The notes below the pieces were generated by a model. The model worked only from the letters and a program-made list of their open reading frames with translations, ran no database searches and had not been told where the DNA came from. DNA of 64,000 nt from Eledone cirrhosa (lineage: Eukaryota): the NCBI GenBank assembly GCA_964016885.1, contig OZ024763.1, forward strand, positions 9,610,001 to 9,674,000. The letters run 5' to 3'. The position numbers and the translations under genes were made by a program. Below, in pieces: positions 14,111 through 26,829 of this stretch; position 1 is the first letter of the stretch, and each line of letters opens with the position of its first letter.

Positions 14111-14439
14111 ACGGGAAACAAGAAAGCGAAGAATGTACAAGCCCGGCACTGGCTGCCCCGGTTATTCACAGAATGGTAAATATCTACCGCAATTCTTTTT
14201 ATGGCCTTTTTAATGGTAAATTATTAATAACAATATACCGTATTTGCTGGTCTGTCGTCTCTTCACATAAGACGTGTCCTCTATTCCATCACTGCCCCCT
14301 CCTCCCCACACCCTCTTCTTTTCTTCTCAAGTAACACTATATGTCTATTTATATTGGGCTCAACTGAAACAACATTCTGACATAAACCCATACATGTGAG
14401 TGTGTATATATGTGTGAGTGTGTATATATGTGTGTGTGT

Positions 14440-14840
14440 GTGTATAGAGGGTGTTTGCTGTGTAAAGAAATAAGCCAAGAGTTCCATGCAGAAGGTAGTC
14501 ACGGAAGACAAAAAGAAAGATATGGGCAGCAATGGTGAGTGCAGATCTGAAAAGGCTGAACCTGACAGAGGAGATGGTGAAGGAATACAAGAAAATATGG
14601 GTATAAGAGGTATTAGGTATGGACAAGTGATGCATGGATGATGATTGCTGGATGAAGAAGTATCAGCAATACCAAACAGAAATTAGCTACAGAAGAGGAA
14701 GACCAAGAAATACATGGACAGAGATGATGGTGAAAACTGATTTCCAGAAATACATCTAACAAAGAAGATGACAAAAGAAAGAAACAAGTGGAAGGAAGCT
14801 GTGCTGGAGAAGACCTATCCAACCCATGCAAGCATAGGAA
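14440..14840 (+). mobile_element. Highly degenerate RTE 3' fragments
   Basis: KWKEAVLEKTYPTHASIG end motif; RWYGQV-like remnants. Confidence 0.7.
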
Positions 14841-14849
14841 AAAAATATA

Positions 14850-15620
14850 TATATGAGCTTTGTTCCAAAAGTGAGGGTATGGATGTTTTATTTAAATGTA
14901 TATTAGATAATCATGAAATTACAAGTTATCTCCTTCCAAGTACAATCCTTAGGAAGTCACACAATGGCTCCAGCATTTTTTCCATTGATTGTAGCAATAC
15001 CAGAAGTCATTTTCTGTGAGTGTCCTTAGCTTTTCCGTTACAATTTTTTGTATATTTTCTGCCGTCCCAAAATGATGACCTTTCAACTTAGGGAAGAGGT
15101 AGAAATCACAGGAGCTAGAGCTGGGCTGTAGAGAGGATGTGGAAGAGGGGAATGTTTTCTTCACCAGAAATTCTTCAATTGCAAGAGTTGTGTGAGAAGC
15201 TTGTTATTGTAGGTGCAGTACCCAATCTCCTGCAATGTCCTTTTGGACTCACTGGACCTATTTTCAAAGTCATTCCAAGACATCTTTGTAGAAGGCGCCA
15301 TTAACTGTCCCAGAGGTAAAAATTCTTCACCCAAGATTCATTTCCTGTTATTATTTTATCCAAGAAATTTGGCCAATCCAGACAAATTTCCAACTGGTTC
15401 CTTTTTTGCTCCTCAGACAAGTATTTGGGCATTAGATTTGCACAAATTTTTTACAAGTGCAAATTATCTGTTAAAATTTTATGAACTGCATTTTTATCCA
15501 AGCCTGTTTCTTCTGCAACCATCCTAACACATAATCGGTGAACTTTTGTCATCACTGCTTGCACCACTACCACACATTGTTTATTTGTTGATGAGATTGG
15601 CCTTCCAGAATGAGGCTGTT
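14850..15620 (-). mobile_element. Tc1/mariner (mariner-type) transposase pseudogene
   Basis: SGRP...RLCVRMVAEETGLDKNAVHKILTDNL helix-turn-helix and SCDFYLFPKLK...CYNQWKKCWSHC C-terminus. Confidence 0.85.
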
Positions 15621-16038
15621 TGCTTGCAAACGAATCGAATATTAATAATATTATTACCATTCACTCACTAATGCATTTACATATCTACTATGTTGGAGCG
15701 AAATAAATTTTGTTTTAAATTTTCGGAAAAAACCAGCCATAAATTCGTTTGTATGCAAATTAGGCTAATCAGCCAATGTATACTTTAGAGAATACTAAAT
15801 ATTCTCAAAAGTTCCAGGGTGTAGCAGAGACAGGAGAAATAAACAATCTTAATAAGGGGCAATAACCCCAAAACAATTGTAGATTGTTTCTCTCTGCTAC
15901 TGCTGGAACAAAAGGATGGTGATAATCCTCTAGAACAGTATGAGGTTGTTTGCTTGCAAACAGATAGAAGATTAATAATAGTATTATTCACTCACAACTG
16001 CGGGTAATTGCTGGCCTTGTGCCCAAAGTAGAAACAAT

Positions 16039-16230
16039 TATCATCATCATCGATTAACATCCATCTTCCATGCTAGCATGGGTTAGACGGGTGCTATTTT
16101 GAGGCAAGTTGTGTCGGGTGACCGTGTGTCACTCATAAAGGGGTGTTTCTGGCTGGTTTTCTACGGCTGGATGCCCTTCCTAATGCCAACCACATTTACA
16201 GTGTGGGCTGGGTGTCTTTTACACGTCCAC
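16039..16230 (-). mobile_element. RTE-3'UTR-type retroposon 3' end
   Basis: (CAT)n tail, CCATGCTAGCATGG hairpin, GGATGCCCTTCCTAATGCCAACC. Confidence 0.8.
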
Positions 16231-16265
16231 TTTACATTTCAATCTTCAGTCTCAAAATAGCTAAC

Positions 16266-17010
16266 ATATGCACATACATACCTACACCACATGCATACCT
16301 ACACCACATGCACATACATACCTACACCACATGCACATACATACCTACACCACATACACATACATACCTACACCACATGCACATAGATACCTACACCACA
16401 TACACATACATACCTACACCACATGCACATACATACCTACACCACATGCACATACATACCTACACCACATGCACATACACACCTACACCACATACACATA
16501 CACACCTACACCACATACACATACATACCTACACCACATACATACCTACACCACATGCACATACACACCTACACCACATGCACATACACACCTACACCAC
16601 ACGCATACATACCTACACCACATGCACATACATACCTACACCACATACACATACATACCTACACCACATGCACATACATACCTACACCACATACACATAC
16701 ATAGCTACACCACATGCACATACATACCTACACCACATACACATACATAGCTACACCACATGCACATACATACCTACACCACATGCACATACATACCTAC
16801 ACCACATACACATACTTACACCACATACATACCTACACCACATACATACTTACACCACATGCACATACACACCTACACCACATACACATACATACCTACA
16901 CCACATGCACATACATACCTACATCACATGCACATACATACCTACACCACACGCATACTTACACCACATACATACCTACACCACATACATACTTACACCA
17001 CATGCACATC
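16266..17010. repeat. ~23-bp minisatellite (CACATACATACCTACACCACATG)
   Basis: About 30 visible tandem units with small indels. Confidence 0.95.
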
Positions 17011-17404
17011 TACACAAAAACATTAACAAGAATCTGGAAAAGTAATAAGCTATATACACTCTGATCACAACTTAAAATATTCAATGAGTCTAAACTATAT
17101 TATATAGAGCTCTATATACACTTTTATATGATCACCGCATAAGATACTGACATTGAGACTTAAGGTTATGTATTATACATAAACAACATTGTATATAGCT
17201 TAATATATCCCTTATTTTGAACCACTCTGTATTAGTGCGATCGGTAATTTCCTTGTGCTTATGTATGAACCTGTAACTTATGATGGAGTCATAGGGGCAC
17301 CCTAGTGAAATGCGCTGTACTTTTAAAACTTCCCTCTCCATGTCTGAACACATCCGATTTCTTCCAGAGAAGGAGAGAGAGAGAGTCGATCCTAATACTA
17401 GACG

Positions 17405-17530
17405 ACTGGTACTTGTCTTTTATCGACCTCCAAAACATGAAAGACAAAGTTGACTCGGCGGAATTTGAATTTAAAGAGTGCAGAGAGCCGGAATATCGCA
17501 AATCATTTTATCCGACTTAGCAAATTCGTT
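17405..17530 (-). mobile_element. Degenerate SINE family B-like copy
   Basis: CTGGTACTT...TATCGACCTC...ATGAAAGACAAAGTTGACTCGGCGGAATTTGAA. Confidence 0.7.
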
Positions 17531-18469
17531 GCCTTCACTTGTAAACTTTAAATGACTAAATTTAAACAGTTTAGCAGTCAAGGGGACATAACTATGTAAT
17601 TTATAATTTTTTTTCGTGCGCTTTTAGAAACTTAGATTCAGTTCAGGTGTATCATCTAAGAAGTATTATTTTGAGTCGTAAACTTAACCATATTGGTACC
17701 AAACCATCCGAAACCGACCCTCAGTTTTATGAAACAAAACTGTTTGTTTTAAAGTGTTTATATATATATTTGAAAACCTTTGTTAAGTTATATTCAAAAC
17801 ACCAGCTTTTTTCAAAATTATTTGAAAATCATAAGCAGTTTTTTTCATTAGAAATATGGTAACGAAAGTGTTAAAATGGATGCCGTTGTTTCATAGAACC
17901 CAAGCCGGTTTTGGCCAGGTTTGTATCAAAAGGATTTAAAAGAAAATAGAAATATTGTCTTAAGATTTTACAGTTAAAGAAACTGCATTCATGGAAGGAA
18001 CACTAAGCTATGACACTATTGTTGCTATTTTTATTGACTTCAACAATAGCAACTGAAAGTTGTGTTGTTGGTGCTGATGATGTTAGTGGTGGTGGTAGTT
18101 GTGGTGATAATGTTGGGGGTGGTAATGTTGGTAATGTCAATGGTAGTGGTGATGATGGTGGTGCTGGGGATGGTTGCAATGGTGGCAGTAGTGCTGGTGG
18201 TGTTGGTGGTATTTGAAGTCATACCATATACTGCAGGACATTTCTACAGGCAAATGGCTTAGTATTGATTAGGTTGTATTTTGTATTGAAAGAAAAAAGT
18301 AAAAAACCTTTTTACAGGAAAGGTTAGCTGGTTTGTAGATTTGATATCTGTTAAGATTACACATGATTGAATATCCAGGTGAAGAAATTTTTTTGGCAAT
18401 ACGTTTTAAAAGTGTATGTTAAGGGTAGATAGAATACTTAACCAAATGTATTGATTATTACATATAAAT

Positions 18470-21400
18470 TTACAGTAGAATAATGTTGCAAATAAGTTTT
18501 AAATATATACATAAATAACATAATAAATATAAAATCATGAACAAAAATGATAAAGAATAGAAAGAAGAAAAAATTGGGGGGGGGGGGGGGGGGGATTCAC
18601 CACCAAGTGCGACAATTGGCCGCACCTCACACCTTAGGGGTTTACTACACACTTTGAGGCAAGCCAACACACCCGCAGCATTACCACGGGTGATGGCGCG
18701 GCTAAGGGGCTGAAATAACCTGGCACCCTCACAGACATCTCCTGACACCTCGGTAAGGTGAGGTGATGACGAGGCTAAGGGGCTGAAATAACCTGGCACC
18801 CTCACAGACATCTCCTGACACCTCGGTAGGGTGAGGTGATGGCGAGGCTAAGGGGCTGACATAACCTGGCACCCTCACAAGCATCCCCTGACACCTCGGT
18901 AAGGTGAGGTGATGACGAGGCTAAGGGGCTGACATAACCTGGCACCCTCACAAGCATCCCCTGACACCTCGGTAAGGTGAGGTGATGACGAGGCTAAGGG
19001 GCTGACATAACCTGGCACCCTCACAAGCATCCCCTGACACCTCGGTAAGGTGAGGTGATGGCGAGGCTAAGGGGCTGAAATAACCTGGCACCCTCACAGA
19101 CATCTCCTGACACCTCGGTAAGGTGAGGTGATGGCGAGGCTAAGGGGCTGACATAACCTGGCACCCTCACAGACATCTCCTGACACCTCGGTAAGGTGAG
19201 GTGATGGCGAGGCTAAGGGGCTGACATAACCTGGCACCCTCACAGACATCTCCTGACACCTCGGTAGGGTGAGGTGATGGCGAGGCTAAGGGGCTGACAT
19301 AACCTGGCACCCTCACAAGCATCCCCTGACACCTCGGTAAGGTGAGGTGATGACGAGGCTAAGGGGCTGAAATAACCTGGCACCCTCACAAGCATCCCCT
19401 GACACCTCGGTAGGGTGAGATGATGACGAGGCTAAGGGGCTGAAATAACCTGGCACCCTCACAAGCATCTCCTGACACCTCGGTAAGGTGAGGTGATGGC
19501 GAGGCTAAGGGGCTGAAATAACCTGGCACCCTCACAGACATCTCCTGACACCTCGGTAAGGTGAGGTGATGGCGAGGCTAAGGGGCTGACATAACCTGGC
19601 ACCCTCACAAGCATCCCCTGACACCTCGGTAGGGTGAGATGATGACAAGGCTAAGGGGCTGACATAACCTGGCACCCTCACAAGCATCTCCTGACACCTC
19701 GGTAAGGTGAGGTGATGGCGAGGCTAAGGGGCTGAAATAACCTGGCACCTTCACAGACATCCCCTGACACCTCGGTAAGGTGAGCTGCCACATTCACTGT
19801 AGCGTCCATGATGTGGGAGGGAGCAAAAGAGTCACTGAGTGTGGCGTCCCAGATGAGACATCTACCTCTCATCCACAGACAAGGGGTAAGACCATCTGGT
19901 CTCTTCCCATCACTTCTGAATAAACCAGCCGGCTCCAGAACTGTGGAGATATTTACCCGGGTTAGGGCCCGTTTGATGATCAGGTTTAACTCGGTGTGAT
20001 AGCCAAAACGACCAACATTCAGGGAGCAGGACAAACCATGTAGATCTGTGGATTCGGGGGATCTACTACAGCGGCATCTCAGACCCCCACAGATGTTGGC
20101 TCCCGCACGAAGTGCAATGGAGATGCAGAGCTCGTCCTGACTGAGCAGGCCACCAATGTTGGCCACAGACAGGGCATCAATCCAGTCCCTCGAGAACTTT
20201 GTGCTAGCAGAAAGTGAGCGGCACCTAGAAAATTGGTCAGAAAGATTAAAGAGAGAGTTGAAAGTTTCCCTCGAGTGCAGATTGTCCCATACTCTCTGCT
20301 TCCATCTATCCTCATCAGTAACTGGGACGACTGACAAGCTTAGCTCTCCCCAATGTAGTAAAGCTTCATCCAACTCCCTGGTGGAACTAGTCCAAGTTGG
20401 GAAGGAGAGGATGTCACCTACCAAAGAGGGGCAGGCATGGATGGAGGAAAGAAAGCAAGGTAACTTGGTCGTGGGACTCTGGAGAGAGTTGGACATTGAC
20501 CAAACCCTCGAGCTCACTGAATATAAGATTGTCGAAGCGTTGGAGAGATGATGAAAATTTATAAGAGGGACTAACTCTGAGGAAATACAACAACTTAGGG
20601 ATTGACAGATAATAATAGAGAATGAAAAATCCTTGGTGAGGCTCAATGACTTCGAAGTTTTTTAAAAGTTGCTTGAGGTTAGCCAACTTAGATTGAAAGA
20701 TGGACTTGAAGTCTTTGTCAGTAACTGGGACCCCAAGGGAGCACCACGCCGATAGGGGGAGGAACCTCGATGGAGGGGAAAGACTCTGTGAACAGGTCAA
20801 CAGTCTCTTGATGTGAAGCTGGGTGGTTGAGGAGCCAGAGCTCGCATTTGGAGAGGAAGGCCCCTATGGCCCAACTCCTTGATTATCGTCTTCACAGTTG
20901 CAAGGAACTTGTCTGGAGAGACCCCCCCTCTCCAAGCAAGCATCATCCAGATACCAGACATTCAGATCCAGGTCAACTCCAAACTTGGTGACATCATCAA
21001 TGCCGAGAGCGAAAAGTGCAGGTCCGAGTGGGTCACCCTGTTGGACCTCTGTGGCAGATAGAAAGTGATGGTCACTGAAGGTGAGGTAGGAGGGCTCCCG
21101 GTAGGCTTGCCAAGCAAACTGTTAAAGCTGCGGAGCATCCTCTTTAACTGAACAGAGGATGACATCCTGACTGATGGAATTAAAAGCATTCCTGAAATCC
21201 AGCTTGAAAATGACCTTGGGGGTTTCGGAAGGCAAGTTGGTAAATGCTCTGGTGCTGTGAGCGGGAGCCTCACAACCCAGCTTTGTACCCACCCCTAACT
21301 GAATAGGGGAAACTTTGGCGAACAGGCTGTCTGAAATGGAAGACAGACATACCTTTGTGATGAGATATTGCAGAGTGCACCCTACTGTTATGTGGCAGGG

Positions 21401-21560
21401 GTCAAACAGTTTAGCTTCAAAGAACAAGAGGCAGATATAAGAGAGGACAATCTCGGACGAGAACAAGTTGGTGAAATAGGTGAGTTTCTCTAAGAGCTCA
21501 AGGCCGGCATCTCTGACTGTCAAGGAGAAACCATCCATGATGTTCTCTACCAGATACTTC
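18470..21560 (-). mobile_element. CRE-like (restriction-like endonuclease) non-LTR retrotransposon, 5'-truncated and frameshifted
   Basis: QLGVGTKLGCEA and KLDFRNAFNSI (RT); CRC...HGLSC zinc knuckle; GKRPDGLT...CLIWDAT endonuclease; AITRGNAAGV C-terminus. Confidence 0.9.
18698..19783. repeat. 73-bp minisatellite (~15 copies) expanded inside the CRE endonuclease coding region
   Basis: CTGACACCTCGG recurs at 18742, 18815 and onward with 73-bp period. Confidence 0.95.
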
Positions 21561-21694
21561 ATCTTACTCTCACCCATTCTCAGCCTCACACTTATTAACA
21601 CTGTCTCCACCTATATTGTTAGCAAATTCAACATCTGATATCTTTTTAGCCTTAACTCTCCTGCTCTGAGCTGGTGTTACAGTGAAACCCGATA

Positions 21695-21960
21695 TCATCA
21701 TCATCATTTTACGTCCGCTTTTTCCCTGCTTGCAAGGGTGGGACGGGAACTGGTTCTGGCTTGATTTCTACAGTTGGATGCCCTTCCTAACTCCAACCTC
21801 ATTTACATTGAGTGCTGGGTGCTTTTTTGCCGTGGAATGATAGGGACCCCAGTCCCCATCATCTCATTTCTACAGCTGAGTAAACTGGAGCAATGTGAAA
21901 TAAAGTGTCTTGCTCAAGGAAACAACACATCACCCGGTCTGAGAATTGAACTCACAACCT
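21695..21960 (-). mobile_element. SINE family A, 5'-truncated
   Basis: Reverse complement of 8730-9014. Confidence 0.88.
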
Positions 21961-22242
21961 TATATATATATATTCATCATAGGTTGTAGAAAAATTATGG
22001 AGGTAGAGATGTTGAAATTCACTATTTCATTTATTAATAATTGTTTCAATAACACATGTTTTAATACAACAGTATATACCTAAGTATTATGCAATAGACT
22101 ACTTCATACTGCATCAAAAGATATTATTGTTGCATCTCTTTGAGGAAATAATAATGATCAATTTAGGTAATGGTCTAGTTTTACAGATGTGAGCATTTAA
22201 ATTGTATCATGGGTAGTTTACCAATCAGCTTCGAGGATGGAA

Positions 22243-22761
22243 TCTCTATATATAAACTTGTAGTTCCTGTCTGTTTGTTTGGTTGGTTCGTTGTTTGTTT
22301 GTTCACAAACTCCTCCTATGGTTTTGGAGATAGACCCCCCCCCCCCCATAGCCATATATATTCTGAAACTACATTGCCAAGGGTACTTGGATAAGTATAT
22401 TCCATTTTAATCAAAGGGTTCCCTGGGGGCACAAACACTCGCTGAAAATTTTTTCCCTTCGATTTTTATGAAATTTAAACCATAGGTAAATGACAACATA
22501 AGATGCCTATTCACAAAAGTTTTGAATTGATATTTTGAAAAAAATTATTTACGAGAAACAAAATAAGAATAAGATTTAATGTAATTTTGATTTGATATAT
22601 TACAAAAATAATGTTTTCCAATTTTTCATGCATTACATTTTACATTGAGTAATATTGAAATGCAGAGTTTTTCTCCATAAATTATATCACTGATTTAAAA
22701 TCAATCATTTTCTTACAAAAAAAATGTGTGAAACGAAGCAAGGCGCGGGTAATTCGGCTAG
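22243..22761 (+). mobile_element. Non-autonomous Helitron-like element
   Basis: 5' TCTCTATATATAAA followed by (GTTT)n; 3' GC-rich subterminal motif then CTAGT. Confidence 0.6.
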
Positions 22762-22816
<55 letters not shown>

Positions 22817-22914
22817 TATATATAAATATATACAGACAAAGAATTTTATATACTCTTTTACCTGTTTCAGCCATCCGGCTGAGGCCATATATATATTATA
22901 TATATTATATATAT

Positions 22915-23728
22915 ATATATATAAAATTCTTTGTCTGTCTGTCTGTTCATATGCATTCTCTAACGGCTGGACTATCAAATATTAGACCCCAGGAGTGTCA
23001 ACATGTAATTTTTATTTTCATTTGGATTAAAAAAATATAAAATTCTATCTAAAATGGTATTTTTATAGTCAACTATAGTAAACCACGACGCCGACTGACA
23101 TTTTGTATGTGTGTGTATGTGATTGTGAGTGTGTGTGCGCTCGTTATGTATGTTAGGCCTCAGAGAATTAAACACTCACACCTACACATACATACACATA
23201 ATGTGTGTGAGTGTATGTTAGTGTAGACGTCACATTTTGTATATGTATACAAATGTATCTACACATACAAATACATATGTGATGACAGACAGGTGTGTGT
23301 GTGGATGTATGCCTGTGTATGTGAGAGTGTGTGTGTGAGTGTATGTGAGAGTGTATGTGTGTGTGACTATGTGCGATAATTTTTATTTTCATTTGGATTA
23401 AAACAATAGGACATCACATTTTGTATATGAATATGTATGTGTCTGTGGGTGTGTGTGTGTGTTTGCACGTTCATTCGGTACATTATTAAATACGCACACA
23501 TCTACACATACATGAATTACACAATGAATATTGTTTACCCCAAGGTGCTTCAAGATTGACAGATTTTCATTTCTAAATTCTATTATCATTACAATTTTGA
23601 TATTTTTTTAATAAAATAAAGATATTTTGAAATAATTATGAGAAAAAAAAACATATCTTCATATTTATTGTTTACTAATCTGAATAATAACAGCAATAAC
23701 CTGGGCAACACCAGGTAATTCAGCTAGT
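22915..23728 (+). mobile_element. Non-autonomous Helitron-like element
   Basis: 5' ATATAAAA..(GTCT)n; 3' hairpin ACCTGG-GCAACA-CCAGGT followed by AATTCAGCTAGT. Confidence 0.65.
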
Positions 23729-23904
23729 ATATATATATAAAATATGTATGGTTATATTGGAGTTTACCAATATAGATCCTGGTAAAGATGATAGAAGCTC
23801 AATGCTAATCAATTTCCTTGATCCAGCAGTAATCCAACAAGGCTTAGGAAGTTCTCATCCATTGAAGATTCTGCTGTAGATTGTTAGGATGGATATATAT
23901 ATAT

Positions 23905-24200
23905 ATCATCATAGTTTAACGTCCATCTTCCATGCTAGCATGGGTTAGGCAGTTTTGTTCCATTTGATGCAGGAATGGTCAGAAGACCATGTCTTGCTCG
24001 CACGGAAGCGTCTCTGGCAGGTTTTTTTACAGCTGGATGCCCTTCCTAACACCAACCACATTTACAGTGTGGACTGGGAGCCTTTTCACTGTGTCTCCTA
24101 CATGACCACCTTACAGTGTGGACTGTTGTGTCATCAACACATTGGACGGAACGGGAGAGGGAGGGTGTGGGTGGGGTGTATATTGGGTTAAGAGATGCCT
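23905..24200 (-). mobile_element. RTE-3'UTR-type retroposon 3' end
   Basis: Same tail and UTR as 24466-24850. Confidence 0.8.
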
Positions 24201-24465
24201 ACATATATATATATATATACATACACACACACAAACAATATAATTAGATACAACACACATACTCACAGGCCCCTCTTTTTTATCCTCTTCTATTTATAAA
24301 CCCCATTTTTGTATTTCTTTACTCTATCTAAGATCTTTATCTTTGTATTTCTGTATCTGATGAATGACTAATATTTCATACATTGGATAAGGGTGAACCT
24401 AATAAACTATTGTTGTTGTATCTCTGTATTTGACTTTTTTAGCTATACGTATATATATATATATA

Positions 24466-26526
24466 TCATCATCATCATCATCGTTTAACGTCCGTGTTCC
24501 ACGCTTGCATGGGTTTGGACGGGGGTTTTCCCACTTGAGGCAAGAGTGATTGTCTTGCTCGCATAGGACTGTCTGGCAGGTTTTCTACAGTTGGATGCCC
24601 TTCCTAACACCAACCACATTTACAGTGTGGGTCTGGGAGGTTTTTACCGTGTTGCCTACACGGCCACATTACAGCGTGGACTGTGTGTTTTTTTGTCGTG
24701 ACACCTACACGATCTCATTTGTTTCGGCCTGGATGGTGTGGCACCAACATAACTTTACATAGAAGGGGCAGTGTGGATGGGGTGGGGGTGATGGGACGGG
24801 GGTGTATTTTGTTAGAGATGCCTACTGACTGTAGTAGGTTTTACTTTGTATTTAGGTAAGGCGGGTCTTCTCTATTACTGAGTACCACCAAAGGTCTCGG
24901 TCCAGTGACATTGTCTTGGTGAGGTGTAAGTGTGTGAGGTCGGAGTTTATCAGCTCGTCCCAGGTTTTTCTGGGTCTGCCTATTCCGTGGCTACCGTCTA
25001 TCTTTATTGCCCTGCACTTTGTTATACAGCTATCGTCCTTCATGCGCATCACGTGACCATACCAACGTAGCCTTCTCTCTAGTAAACAACATCTGATCCC
25101 TCTTATTTCTAATTTTTTCCTTAGTTCGTTTATGCTTTGTCGTTCACGTATATTACTATTACACATCCAGCGGAGCATGCAAGCTTCGTTTCTCTCTAGT
25201 CTGCGTATATCCTCTGCACACAATGCCCAGGTCTCACTGCCATGCAACATTGCTGTTCGTATGCAGGCATCGTACAACCTGCCTTTCATTTTTAGGGAGA
25301 ACCCTTTAGCGGCTAATAGTGGTATAAGCTCTCTGAACTTTTTCCACCCAGTTCTGACTCTAACTACTGTACTTTCAGAGCACCCTCCCCCACTGCTGAT
25401 TTTGTCACCCAGGTAATGGAAGCTGTCCACTATTTCTATAGAACCCTCTGCGCAGTTGAAAGAGCTAGTATTTTGTGGGCACTTGCTGCTACTTATTGCC
25501 CCAGAACACCGGCCACATGTAAAATCTATGTTCTTAGTTAGCTTACCTGTGATCCCACTACATCTTTTATGAACCCAAACTTTGCATTTGGGACACAAAA
25601 TGGAATTTCTACCTACGCCTTTCCTACACTTTGCGCATGGCCACTTCCCGGAGGGGACCGCCGCCTTATTTTCTTTCTTACAAACTAGAACTTTAGTCTT
25701 AGCCAGGTTAATTTTAAGGCCTTTTGATTCTAGCCCGTGCTTCCATGTTTGGAATTTCTTCTCTAGCTCGGCCATTGATTCAGCTATGAGCGTTAGATCA
25801 TCTGTGTATAGGAGTTCCCATGGGCAGCCGGTCTTGAACTCCACTGTTATAGCCTGGAGGGCAATAATAAATAGTAGGGGGCTAAGAACAGAGCCCTGAT
25901 GAACACCAACTTTTACACTAAACTCTTCACTATATTCGTTGTTAATTCTAACCTTGCTGACTGTTTCTTTATACATGGCTTGTATAGCTCTCACAAGCCA
26001 TTCATCGACACCTAGTTTTCTAAGAGCCCACCAGATAATGGAACGGGGGACTCTGTCGAAGGCCTTCTCCAAGTCGACGAAAGCTAAGTATAGGGGTTTA
26101 CTTTTAGCTAGGTACTTCTGTAGTTGTCGTACAATGAAAAGAGCGTCTGTGGTACTTTTTCCTGACACAAACCCGAACTGCATTTCATCTAGATCAATTC
26201 GCTCTCTGATTAGTTGCGCTATTACTTTTTCCGTGACCTTCATGACCTGGTCGATTAATTTAATGCCTCTATAGTTACTCCTATCTAGGGCATCTCCTTT
26301 ACCCTTATAACAGTTAACGATAATGCTGCTACGCCAGTCCTTCGGAACAACCCCATTCTGTATGACTTGGTTGACTATCCGGGTGACCATGGTGTGTCCC
26401 ACCGTACCAGATGCCTTCAGCATCTCGGCAACTATTTCCGAAGGCCCAGCCGCCTTGCTTGTCTTCATATCTTTGATTGCCTTACTTATTATACTACCCT
26501 CGACTAACACTGCTGGTCCCTCTATT

Positions 26527-26529
<3 letters not shown>
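24466..26529 (-). mobile_element. RTE LINE, 5'-truncated (RT, PHD insertion, ~400-nt 3' UTR)
   Basis: Open ORF to stop at 24852 with FVDLEKAFDRV, GVHQGSVLSPLLF and YTDD; (GAT)n tail. Confidence 0.96.
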
Positions 26530-26586
<57 letters not shown>

Positions 26587-26700
26587 AGTCCATACGTATA
26601 TATATGTGCGTGTGTGAGTCCATACGTATATATATATATATGTGTGTATGTGAGTCCATACGTATATATATATATATGTGTGTGTGTGTGAGTCCATACG

Positions 26701-26732
<32 letters not shown>

Positions 26733-26829
26733 AGTCCATACGTATATATATATATATATGTGTGTGTGTGTCCCCATACGTATATATATATATATATGTG
26801 TGTGTGTAAGTCCATATATATATATATAG
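26530..26829. repeat. Compound minisatellite (TG)n-AGTCCATACG-(TA)n, continued at 29405-29505
   Basis: GAGTCCATACGTATATA units lie on both sides of the plus-strand RTE. Confidence 0.92.

Noticed and set aside
13080-15990. Short protein-like stretches near 13240-13440 and 15790-15990 faintly resembling LTR-retrotransposon pol
   Set aside because: Too degenerate to assign by eye; contain stops and no diagnostic motif.
16143-17064. His/Thr-rich ORFs
   Set aside because: Translation of the 23-bp minisatellite.
24350-24410. CTGATGA followed by AATAAA near (TA)n
   Set aside because: No GAAA or stem III can be placed; at best a decayed hammerhead.
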